Shown here piece after piece: positions 37,853 through 50,041 of a DNA stretch of 64,000 bases (positions are counted from its first letter, which is position 1; each line of letters opens with the position of its first letter). Made by a program: the position numbers and the translations under genes. The stretch is from positions 370,078,001 to 370,142,000 of the forward strand of contig OZ024742.1 in the NCBI GenBank assembly GCA_964016885.1. The letters are read 5' to 3'. The notes beneath the pieces were generated by a model. That model was not told the DNA's origin and made no database searches. It saw only the letters and a list, made by a program, of their open reading frames with translations. This DNA is from Eledone cirrhosa. Lineage: Eukaryota.

Positions 37853-38303
37853 GGTGGCTGCCAACTCGCTTTCGAGTACGGCCACTACTTTATATCCATG
37901 TAGGAGAACCCTTACTGATGCGCTGAACGAGTGACTTTTTAGTCCAGCCAGCGACTTGAAAACTCTGGTACAAAGACTACACTTGTGACAATTATTGACA
38001 CATAGTGTTGGGCCCATGGTACCATGTGACGACAAGTGCAGAGAGATCTCCAGATATAAAGCAATGCCTGTGCCGTGAAGCTTTTATAGTGAGCAAAGGC
38101 ACTGCACAAAGCCAGTCCCACTCTCTTAACCAAGATGATATTTACCAAAAAGAAGAACAAGTCAACATCATTGGATACCATCAGGGTTGCAGGTGTTATA
38201 TCAGAGTTTTCCTTCTCCTAGAATTCTGCCTTGACAAAGGCTAAGGGGTCATCTCTCCCGGTGATTTTGGATGGCCATTGACTCTTAAGAGCTCCTTTGC
38301 CCT
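37853..38303 (-). mobile_element. ~450-bp non-autonomous, probably bipartite RTE-derived element
   Basis: The 5' part has ctaggagaaggaaaactctga (recalled as an RTE 5'UTR motif). The 3' part encodes a C2H2 remnant [17 protein letters not shown] and a ctcgaaagcgag hairpin. (TA)n on both sides. Confidence 0.7.
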
Positions 38304-38320
38304 TATATATATATACATAC

Positions 38321-38358
<38 letters not shown>

Positions 38359-38390
38359 CATATTATATATATATATATATATATATATAC

Positions 38391-38437
<47 letters not shown>

Positions 38438-38509
38438 CATACATATTGTATATATATATATATATATATATACATACATACATATTGTATATATATATAT
38501 ATATATATA

Positions 38510-40226
38510 TCATCATCATCATCATCATCATCAGGTTTAGCGTCCGTGTTCCACGCTTGCATGGGTTTGGACGGGGGTTTTCCCACTTGAGGCAAGAGTG
38601 GTTGTCTTGCTCGCATAGGACTGTCTGGCGGGTTTTCTACAGTTGGATGCCCTTCCTAACACCAACCACATTTACAGTGTGGGGCTGGGAGGTTTTTACC
38701 GTGTTGCCTACACGGCCACATTACAGCGTGGACTGTCTGGCGGGTTTTCTACAGCTGGATGCCCTTCCTAACACCAACCACATTTACAGTGTGGGGCTGG
38801 GAGGTTTTTACCGTGTTGCCTACACGGCCACATTTACAGCGTGGACTGTGTGTTTTTTGTCGTGACACCTACACGATCTCATTTGTTTCGGCCTGGATGT
38901 TGTGGGACCAACATAACTTTACATTGAAAGGGGCGGTGTGGGTGGGGTGGAGGTGGTGGGACGGGGGTGTGTTTTGATAGAGGTGCCTACTGACTGTAGT
39001 AGGTTTTTACTTTGTATTTAGGTAAGGCGGGTCTTCTCTATTACTGAGTACCGCCAAAGGTCTCGGTCCAGTGACATTGTCTTGGAGAGGTGTAAGCGTG
39101 TGAGGTCGGAATTTATCAGCTCGTCCCATGTTTTTCTGGGTCTGCCTACTCCGTGGCTACCGTCTATCTTTATTGCCCTGCACTTTGTTATACAGCTGTC
39201 GTCTTTCATGCGCATCACGTGACCGTACCAACGTAGCCTTCTCTCGAGTAAACAACATCTGATCCCTCTTATTTCTAATTTTTTCCTTAGTTCGTTTATG
39301 CTTTGCCGTTCACGTATATTACTATTGCACATCCAGCGGAGCATGCAAGCTTCGTTCCTCTCTAGTCTGCGTATATCCTCTGCACACAATGCCCAGGTCT
39401 CACCGCCATGCAGCATTGCTGTTCGTATGCAGGCATCGTATAACCTGCCTTTCATTTTTAGGGAGAACCCTCTAGCGGCTAATAGTGGTATAAGCTCTCT
39501 GAACTTTTTCCATCCAGTTCTGACTCTAGCTACTGTACTTTCAGAGCACCCTCCCCCACTGCTGATTTTGTCACCCAGATAACGGAAGCTGTCCACTATT
39601 TCTATAGAACCCTCTGCGCAGTTGAAGGAGCTAGTATTTTGTGGGCACTTGCTGCTACTTATTGCACCAGAGCACCGGCCACATGTAAAATCTATGTTCT
39701 TAGTTAGCTTACCTGTGATCCCACTACATCTTTTATGCACCCATACTTTGCATTTGGGACATAAAATGGAGTTTCTACCTACGCCTTTCCTACACACTGA
39801 GCATGGCCATTTCCCCGATGGGACCGCCGCCTTATTTTCTTTCCTACAAACTAGAACTTTAGTCTTAGCCAGGTTAATTTTAAGGCCTTTTGATTCTAGG
39901 CCGTGCTTCCACGTTTGGAATTTCTTCTCTAGTTCGGTCATTGATTCAGCTATGAGCGTTAGATCATCTGCGTATAGGAGTTTCCATGGGCAGCCGGTCT
40001 TGAACTCCTCTGTTATAGCCTGAAGGGCAATAATAAATAGTAGGGGGCTAAGTACAGAGCCCTGATGGACACCAACTTTTACGCTAAACTCTTCACTATA
40101 TTCGTTGTTAATTCTAACCTTACTGACTGTTTCTTTATACATGGCTTGTATAGCTCTCACAAGCCATTCGTCAACACCTAGTTTTCTAAGAGACCACCAG
40201 ATAATGGAACGGGGGACTCTGTCGAA
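38510..40226 (-). mobile_element. RTE family A, copy A2 (5' truncated)
   Basis: Open frame FDRVPRS...YADD...PHD...EKTRLT (39018-40226); 3'UTR with a 112-bp tandem duplication; (GAT)n tail. Confidence 0.95.
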
Positions 40227-40240
40227 ATATATATATATAC

Positions 40241-40275
<35 letters not shown>

Positions 40276-40286
40276 CATACATACAT

Positions 40287-40328
<42 letters not shown>

Positions 40329-40335
40329 CATACAT

Positions 40336-40377
<42 letters not shown>

Positions 40378-40384
40378 CATACAT

Positions 40385-40436
<52 letters not shown>

Positions 40437-40447
40437 CATACATATTG

Positions 40448-40480
<33 letters not shown>

Positions 40481-40788
40481 GGTGGCTGCCAACTCGTTTT
40501 TCGAGTACGGCCACTACTTTATATCCATGTAGGAGAACCCCTACTGATGCGCTGAACGAGTGTGACTTTTTAGTCCAGCCAGCGACTTGAAAACTCTGGT
40601 ACAAACACAACACTTGTGACAACTATTGACACATAGTGCTGGGCCCATGGTACCATGTGATGACAAGTGCAGAGAGATCTCCAGATATAAAGCAATGCCT
40701 GTGCCGTGAAGCTTTTATAGTGAGCAAAGGCACTGCACAAAGCCAGTCCCACTCTCTTAACCAAGATGATATTTACCAAAAAGAAGAA
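40481..40788 (-). mobile_element. Second, 5'-truncated copy of the 37853-38303 element
   Basis: Near-identical to 37853-38158. Confidence 0.9.
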
Positions 40789-40881
40789 TATATATATATA
40801 TATAAATACATACATATTGTATATATATATATATATACACATACATATTGTATATATATATATATATATATATACATACAT

Positions 40882-40927
<46 letters not shown>

Positions 40928-41002
40928 CATATTGTATATATATATATATATATAAATATACATACATATTGTATATATATATATATATATATATACATAC
41001 AT

Positions 41003-41044
<42 letters not shown>

Positions 41045-41051
41045 CATACAT

Positions 41052-41091
<40 letters not shown>

Positions 41092-41098
41092 CATACAT

Positions 41099-41148
<50 letters not shown>

Positions 41149-41151
41149 CAT

Positions 41152-41187
<36 letters not shown>

Positions 41188-41190
41188 CAT

Positions 41191-41245
<55 letters not shown>

Positions 41246-41268
41246 TGTATATATATATATATATACAT

Positions 41269-41316
<48 letters not shown>

Positions 41317-41381
41317 CATATTGTATATATATATATACATGTACATACATCCCCATTTTTTCGTATATATATATACATACA

Positions 41382-44300
41382 TCATCATCATTTCATCATC
41401 ATCATTTTACGTCCGCTTTTCCCTGCTTGCAAGGGTGGGACGGGTCTTATTCAGCACAGCATCTCTCCACTCGTCACGGTCCCTCGTCATCTCCACCGTG
41501 AGCTTCAATGATCTGAGGTCTGTTCTCACCACCTCCGCCCATGTTTTTCGTGGTCTACCTCTACTACGTCTTCCTTCAACTGGCATTTCCTGGCACTTCT
41601 TCACCCATCGGTCATCCTCCATGCGCATCACATGTCCATAGCACCTCAGTCTCCTCTCCCGTACACTACATTCTATCCCTCTCAGACACAGTTTCTCTCT
41701 CAACACATTTATGCTGGGTCGTTCACGCACATTTACACTGCACATCCAACGGAGCATGCTTGCCTCATTTCTCTCCAGCCGTCGCATATCTTCTGCGGTA
41801 GCTGCCCATGTCTCACTACCATGCAGCATCGCGCTCCTCACACAGGCATCATACAACCGGCCTTTCGTACGCAGGGAGAAACCCTTCTTCGTCAACAGAG
41901 GAAGCAGCTCCCTAAACTTCTTCCAACCCGTCCTTATTCTAGATACTATGGCCTCGGAACACCCTCCTCCCATGCTAATCTGATCTCCTAGGTACCGGAA
42001 GCTATCCACCACTTCTATAGCGCCCTCTCGCATTTGAAAAATGTGTCTATCAGTGCGACTTCTACTGTCTAATTTCCCTGTACATCTACTGCATACATAT
42101 TTCTCCCTACCTGTTAGTTTGCCTGCTATCCCGCTACATCTCTTGTGTACCCAGGACCTACATTGTGTGCATTTTATAGAATTTATGCCAGTTCCTTTTC
42201 TGCATATCGAACATGGCTATTTCCCTGACGGAATCAGGGTTTTGTCCTCTTTTCTACTCATCAACACTTTTGTCTTAGCTAGATTTACTCTCAGTCCTCT
42301 TGCTTCCAACTGCTGTTTCCATAGCCGGAATTTATTCTCTAGCTCCTCTACTGATTCTGCCATAAGAGCCAGATCGTCAGCATAGAGAAGTTCCCATGGA
42401 CAGCCAGTCTTAAACTCCTCTGTTATGGCTTGGAGGACTATAATGAACAAGAGCGGGCTGAGGACCGAACCCTGATGTACTCCTACTTGTATCTGGAATT
42501 CCTCACTAAACTCCATTCCTACCCTGACTTTACTGAGAGTACCTCTGTACAAAGTTTGCACTGTCCTTACAAGCCATTCCTCAACACCCAGCTTCCTTAG
42601 GGACCACCAGATGACAGATCGGGGTACCCTATCAAAGGCCTTCTCTAGGTCAACAAAGGCCAAGTATAGTGGCTTATTCTTCTCTAAGAACCTCTCTTGC
42701 ATTTGTCTCACCAAGAAGAGGGCATCTGTTGTACTCTTCCCAGGCACAAAACCAAACTGCATCTCATCTAGTTTGACCCTTTCTCTAATTAGTTGTGCTA
42801 AAATCCTTTCTGCCACTTTCATAACCTGATCTATCAGTTTTATACCCCTATAATTGCTCCTCTCCAAAGCATCCCCTTTACCTTTGTAGCAATTTATGAG
42901 AATACTGCTGCACCAGTCTTTGGGTATGACACCACCATATATAGCCTGATTGATTATGCGTGCAACCAGTTTAGTGCCTACGTCCCCTGATGCCTTCAGC
43001 ATCTCAGCAACTATTCCCGATGGTCCGGCCGCCTTACCATTTTTCATTTCCCTAATCGCCTCTTGGACCCTATATTCGTCAATCTCAATAGCTGGTCCCT
43101 CTGTCGGATCTACCAAGGGTAATTTCTCTCTCTCCCATTCGTTCTCCACATTCATCAGTCTCTCATAATGGCATTTCCAGGCCTCCTTTTTCTGGTCATT
43201 CGTGACACTAAGTACACCGGCATCATCCCGGACACATTTATCACCAACAACATCCTGATTTGCATTGACACACTGCCTTGCAATGTGGAACACCGCACGC
43301 CTCTGATCTTCCCGTCGCAGAACATTGGCAAACCTCCTACTCTCTGCCTCCCTGCGTGCTAAGTACACCTGACGTCTAGCTTCTCTCTTAGTGGCTGTAT
43401 ATTCTTCCCTACTCCCACCCTTATTCCAAGCCTTCCATGCTAGTCTTTTGTCTCTAATAGCCTTATCTACACTGCTGTTCCACCACCAGGTCACTCTCTG
43501 TCTGGTTGGGGCTCTGCTCCAGCCACAAGTTTCATCAGTAGCCTTCAGCAAGTTGTCACGTAAGAACTTCCAGTTATTATCTATGTCATACGTCTCTAAA
43601 TCGTCTTCTTTTTCGTCATATACATCTTGAAGGGCTTTCCTAAATTTGAATTTTAGTGAAAGGTCTTTTAGCTTCCAGACCTTTCTTCTCCACACCTTCC
43701 TATATGGCTCATTCCATCTCTTGCTTACTGAGATATCACTAACAACTAACCTATGCTGTGGGGTACATTCTTCCCCAGGGTATGCCTTGGTATTAGACAC
43801 TATCTGCCTGTCCCGCTGCCTAACTAGCAGGAAGTCAATCTGGCTTATGTGCTCACCAGATTTGTAGGTTATTAGGTGATTGGCAGGTTTCTGGAAGTTT
43901 GTGTTGCAAATAGTCAATGTACTTGCATCACAAAATTCAAGAAGTCTCACTCCTTCTTCATTTCTTGAACCGTAACCATGCCCACCATGTACCCCAGTGT
44001 AACCATCCTGGAGCTGTCCAACATGACCATTGAAGTCTCCTGCTAGCATAACGATGTCTCCGTCCTGTCATTGTGGTTGTTTGCAAAAGTTGCTCATAAA
44101 AGCAGTCTTTCTCATCTTTGCCTAGGCCTGCTTGGGGAGCATAGACCGAGATGATTGTCAGTAGTCTCCTACCTACAACTAATCTAAGCTTAATTATTCG
44201 ATTACTAACTCGAACTACCTCTATTGTCTTATTGATCCATTTCTCAGCCAGGAAAATGCCTACTCCCCCTAACCCATCATCCTTACCTACCCAGAATAGC

Positions 44301-44664
44301 TTATAGCTAAGACGCTTGCCTACGACTAGTCTCGCAGAGGCACCTCTCCATCTCACCTCTTGCACGCAGCACACATCCACCTGCCTTCTCTCCAGCATCT
44401 CCGCTATTTCAGCAGATCTACCTCTGAGAGTGCCAACATTAAGTGTTGCAACTCTGAGATGCGACGTCTTCATATTTTTTTCTATGCTGTTTTGTTGCTG
44501 TGCTGATAAGCTTTTTGGCATTGATACACTGGTTGGATGCCCTTCCTAACACCAGCGCCACTTTACAGCATGGACTGGGTGCTTTTATTTGTGCCACCAG
44601 CACTAGAGAGGATGTCTTACTAGACTCAAGGGCCCTCTCTACCCCTCCATTTTACAGCATGGTC

Positions 44665-44699
<35 letters not shown>

Positions 44700-44715
44700 T
44701 ATTGACACGACTCAC
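41382..44715 (-). mobile_element. Full-length RTE family C LINE, inactivated
   Basis: APE (43958-44521), a frameshift near 44050-44065, RT (42217-44049), one nonsense codon at 42217, then PHD and C-terminus (to 41407). The ORF runs straight into the (GAT)n tail. Possible low-complexity TSD atatatatacataca. Confidence 0.93.
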
Positions 44716-44761
44716 ATATATATACATACATATACATACATACATACATACATACACATAC

Positions 44762-44792
<31 letters not shown>

Positions 44793-44932
44793 CATATATA
44801 TACATATACATATATATACATATACATATATACATATATACATACATATATATATATACATATACATACATATATATATACATATACATATATATATATA
44901 CATATACATACATATATATATATACATACATA

Positions 44933-44973
<41 letters not shown>

Positions 44974-45009
44974 ACATATACATACATATATATATATACA
45001 TATACATAC

Positions 45010-45228
45010 ATCATCATCATCATCAACGTTTAACGTCCGTGTTCCACGCTTGCATGGGTTTGGACGGGGGTAGTCCCACTTGAGGCAAGAGTGATTGTCT
45101 TGCTCGCATAGGACTGTCTGGCAGGTTTTCTACAGTTGGATGCCCTTCCTAACACCAACCACATTTACAGTGTGGGTCTGGGAGGTTTTTACCGTGTTGC
45201 CTACACGGCCACATTACAGCGTGGACTG
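45010..45228 (-). mobile_element. RTE family A 3'UTR-only insertion (A3)
   Basis: Matches 38510-38735 and 50041-50262. Confidence 0.92.
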
Positions 45229-45238
45229 ATACAATATG

Positions 45239-45282
<44 letters not shown>

Positions 45283-45359
45283 ATGTATGTATATATATAT
45301 ATATATACAATATGTATGTATGTATATATATATGTATATATATATATACAATATGTATG

Positions 45360-45399
<40 letters not shown>

Positions 45400-45681
45400 A
45401 TATGTATGTATATATATATATATATACACATACATACATATTGTATATATATATACATATATATATACATACATACATATTGTATATATATATACATACA
45501 TACATATTGTATATATATATACAATATGTATGTATATATATATATACAATATGTATGTATATATATATATATATATACATATATACATACATACATACAT
45601 ATTGTATATATATATATATATATACATATATACATACATACATACATATTGTATATATATATACATATTGTATATATACAT

Positions 45682-45717
<36 letters not shown>

Positions 45718-45821
45718 CATATATACATACATATATACATACATATTGTATATATATATACATATATATATACATACATACATACATATTGTATATATAT
45801 ATACATATTGTATATATACAT

Positions 45822-45865
<44 letters not shown>

Positions 45866-45965
45866 CATATATACATACATATATACATACATATTGTATA
45901 TATATATATATATATATATACATACATATTGCATATATATGTATATATATATACATACATATTGC

Positions 45966-45997
<32 letters not shown>

Positions 45998-46243
45998 TGC
46001 ATATATATATATATATATATACATACATATTGTATATATATATATATACATACATACATACATATTGTATATATATATATATATACATACATATTGTATA
46101 TATATATATATATATATACATACATATTGTATATATATATATATATATATACATACATATTGTATATATATATATATATACATACATATTGTATATATAT
46201 ATATATACATACATATTGTATATATATATATATATATATACAT

Positions 46244-46284
<41 letters not shown>

Positions 46285-46313
46285 TGTATATATATATATA
46301 TATATATATACAT

Positions 46314-46390
<77 letters not shown>

Positions 46391-46790
46391 CAAATTGTAT
46401 ATATATATATATATATATATACATTATATATTGTATATATATATATATATATATATACATTATATATTGTATATATATATATATATATATATACATTATT
46501 GTATATATATATATATATATATATACATATATATTGTATATATATATATATATATATATACATATATATATTGTATATATATATATATATATATATACAT
46601 ATATATTGTATATATATATATATATATATATACATATATATTGTATATATATATATATATATATATACATATATATTGTATATATATATATATATATATA
46701 TACATATATATTGTATATATATATATATATATATATACATATATATTGTATATATATATATAATATTATACATATATATATTGTATATAC

Positions 46791-46821
<31 letters not shown>

Positions 46822-46868
46822 CATATATATATTGTATATACATATATATATTGTATATATATATATAT

Positions 46869-46899
<31 letters not shown>

Positions 46900-46901
46900 T
46901 G

Positions 46902-46936
<35 letters not shown>

Positions 46937-47123
46937 TGTATATATATATATATATATATATATTGTATATATACATATATATATTGTATATATATATATA
47001 TATATTGTATATATATATATATATATATTGTATATATATATATTGTATATATACATATATATATTGTATATATATATATATATATATTGTATATTATATA
47101 TATATATATACATATATATATTG

Positions 47124-47155
<32 letters not shown>

Positions 47156-47307
47156 TATATTGTATATATATGTATATATTGTATATATATATATATATAT
47201 ATACATATATATATTGTATATATATATATATATATATATACATATATATATTGTATATATATATATATATATTGTATATATATATATATATATATACATA
47301 TATATAT

Positions 47308-47338
<31 letters not shown>

Positions 47339-48183
47339 TGTATTATATATATATACATATATATATTGTATATATATAATATACATATATATATATTGTA
47401 TATATATATATATACATATATATATATTGTATATATATATATATACATATATATATTGTATATATATATATATACATATATATATATTGTATTATATATA
47501 TATATACATATAATTATTGTATATATATATATATATATATACATATATATATTGTATATATATATATATATATATACATTATATATTGTATATATATATA
47601 TATATATATATACATTATATATTGTATATATATATATATATATACATTATATATTGTATATATATATATATATATACATTATATATTGTATATATATATA
47701 TATATATATATACATATATATATACATACATATTGTATATATATATACATACATACATATTGTATATATATATATATATATACATATATATATTGTATTA
47801 TATATATATACATATATATATTGTATATATTATATATATATATACATATATATATTGTATATATATATATATATATATATACATATATATATTGTATAAA
47901 TATATATATATACATACATATTGTATATATATATATATATACATACATATTGTATATATATATATATATACATACATATTGTATATATATATATACATAC
48001 ATATTGTATTTATATATATATATACATACATATTGTATATATTATACATACATATTGTATATATATATACATACATATTGTATATATATATACATACATA
48101 TTGTATATATATATACATACATATTGTATATATAATATATATACAATATGTATGTATATATACAATATGTATGTATATATACA

Positions 48184-48224
<41 letters not shown>

Positions 48225-48260
48225 ATGTATGTATATATACAATATGTATGTATATATACA

Positions 48261-48291
<31 letters not shown>

Positions 48292-48306
48292 CATACACAC
48301 AATATG

Positions 48307-48342
<36 letters not shown>

Positions 48343-48349
48343 CATATTA

Positions 48350-48402
<53 letters not shown>

Positions 48403-49593
48403 TAATGGTTGCATTCTTTAAGGGTATGTCAATATTTATTTATAAAATTGATCTATATTATATTTTATCTGATGAAAGCACACCATAATTTAACTTGGTG
48501 TCCTTGAAATATGTATAATGAAATAAATATGGTTTCCATTTGTTAATATCGTACTTTTACTCCAAATACTTGTTGAGTGCTTTATATCAGTTATAAAAAT
48601 ATTTGCTTGTTGTATCCCAACAATTTAAATATAACTTTTACATTTACATATATATATATATATACTGTATACATATATATATTGTATACATATATATATA
48701 CTGTATATATATATATACAGTATATATATATACTGTATATATATATATACACATATATATATATGCAAGTCGTAAAATGATGAGAGAGAGAGAGAGATAC
48801 ATACACATACATACTAAGGAAAAAAAAACCCCAAAGAGCCTCTAATTGTAATTGAAATAGGCACCTTCTGAAAGGTTGGCCTCTATTATATGGATATATA
48901 TATAGGACATTATATAGCTTCACACACACACACACATACTAACACACATACATATACTGGACAATATATAGTTTCACACACACATACATGCTGGAACTTA
49001 CATAGCTTCACACACACACTCAAACATACACATACATAAACACAGGCTGGACTTTGCATAGCTTCACACACACACACTCAAACACACATACACACACTGG
49101 ACATTACACAGCTTCACACACACACACATACTTACACAGGTGGCAAAAATGAGTTTGATTGGACTGAAACCACTCAGAATTGAGGTGTTAAGAGCTTTAC
49201 CACCAATAAAAGGTGTTTGATTACACAAAGGGGTTTTACTGGGGGGGGGGGGGGCCCAATTGATTCTGAGGTGTATAAACTTGCTATTACACACACACAC
49301 ACGTTAGAAAGCATTTGTGCTCGATGGCAGAGCTCTTGCAATTTCAATAGCTAGTTCCAGCTGTAAAACAGCAAAAGCTCATCCATTGAGGCCCCAACTC
49401 TTTATAATAGAGTCATACTCTACTATCCCAAGTATTGAGTACTCTGTTGAATAATGGTTTAACTCGACTAACACTGTGTGTGTGCGCGCGCGCGCGGCAT
49501 TGTATGACCATACTTTTGTGCACACACAGAAACATGAGAGAGAGAGAGAGAGAGAGGACGTCATGGTTCACTTGAAGCATTGTGTAATGAGGT

Positions 49594-49985
49594 ATAAACG
49601 TTTGTATTTGTAAAGCTAAAACAATGCAGGTATGGATATAGAATGCAAATGCAAAAGATATTGTTGACAATTAGTCTTTTACCTTAAATTTATTTAAATG
49701 TCCTTAATTTTCGAGATAATATCTCTTCTTCGGAGGGAAGTAAAGCGGTTAAACCAGTGTTCTAAATAGCTTGCCAAGTCATGCTGACAGGAAATGGTAT
49801 AGAGATTCTGTTCTATCTCTAAAGTTTAACCACTTTACTTCCCTCCGAAGAAGAGATATTATCTCGAAAATTAAGGATATTTAAATAAATTTAAGGTAAA
49901 AGACTAATTGTCAACAATATCTTTTGCATTTGCATTTATATTCTATATCCATACCTGCATTGTTTTAGCTTTACAAATACAAACG

Positions 49986-49990
<5 letters not shown>
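49594..49990. mobile_element. Inverted pair of Penelope-like terminal repeats, each with a minimal hammerhead motif
   Basis: Arms 49594-49754 and 49824-49990 are near-perfect reverse complements with a 69-bp spacer; each contains ccgaagaagagatattatctcgaaaattaagga. Confidence 0.75.
49839..49877 (+). ncRNA. Minimal type I hammerhead ribozyme-like motif (U4C variant); mirror copy on the minus strand at ~49701-49739
   Basis: CCGAAGA, an extra A, stem II GAGAU/AUCUC, GAAA, palindromic stem III AAUU, UUA site and stem I ccu/agg. Confidence 0.6.
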
Positions 49991-50034
<44 letters not shown>

Positions 50035-50041
50035 GTGTATA

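Larger units (their letters stand above)
36908..48400. repeat. Giant compound (TA)n-CATACATATTG microsatellite interrupted by five retroelement insertions
   Basis: Seen directly; all IY-rich ORFs here are artefacts. Confidence 0.95.

Noticed and set aside
44560-44668. HDV-like or twister ribozyme at the RTE 5' ends
   Set aside because: The nested pseudoknots and conserved core residues of either class could not be matched by eye; kept only as an unknown structured module.
36846-48488. Many IY-rich ORFs
   Set aside because: (TA)n contains no stop codons; these are artefacts.
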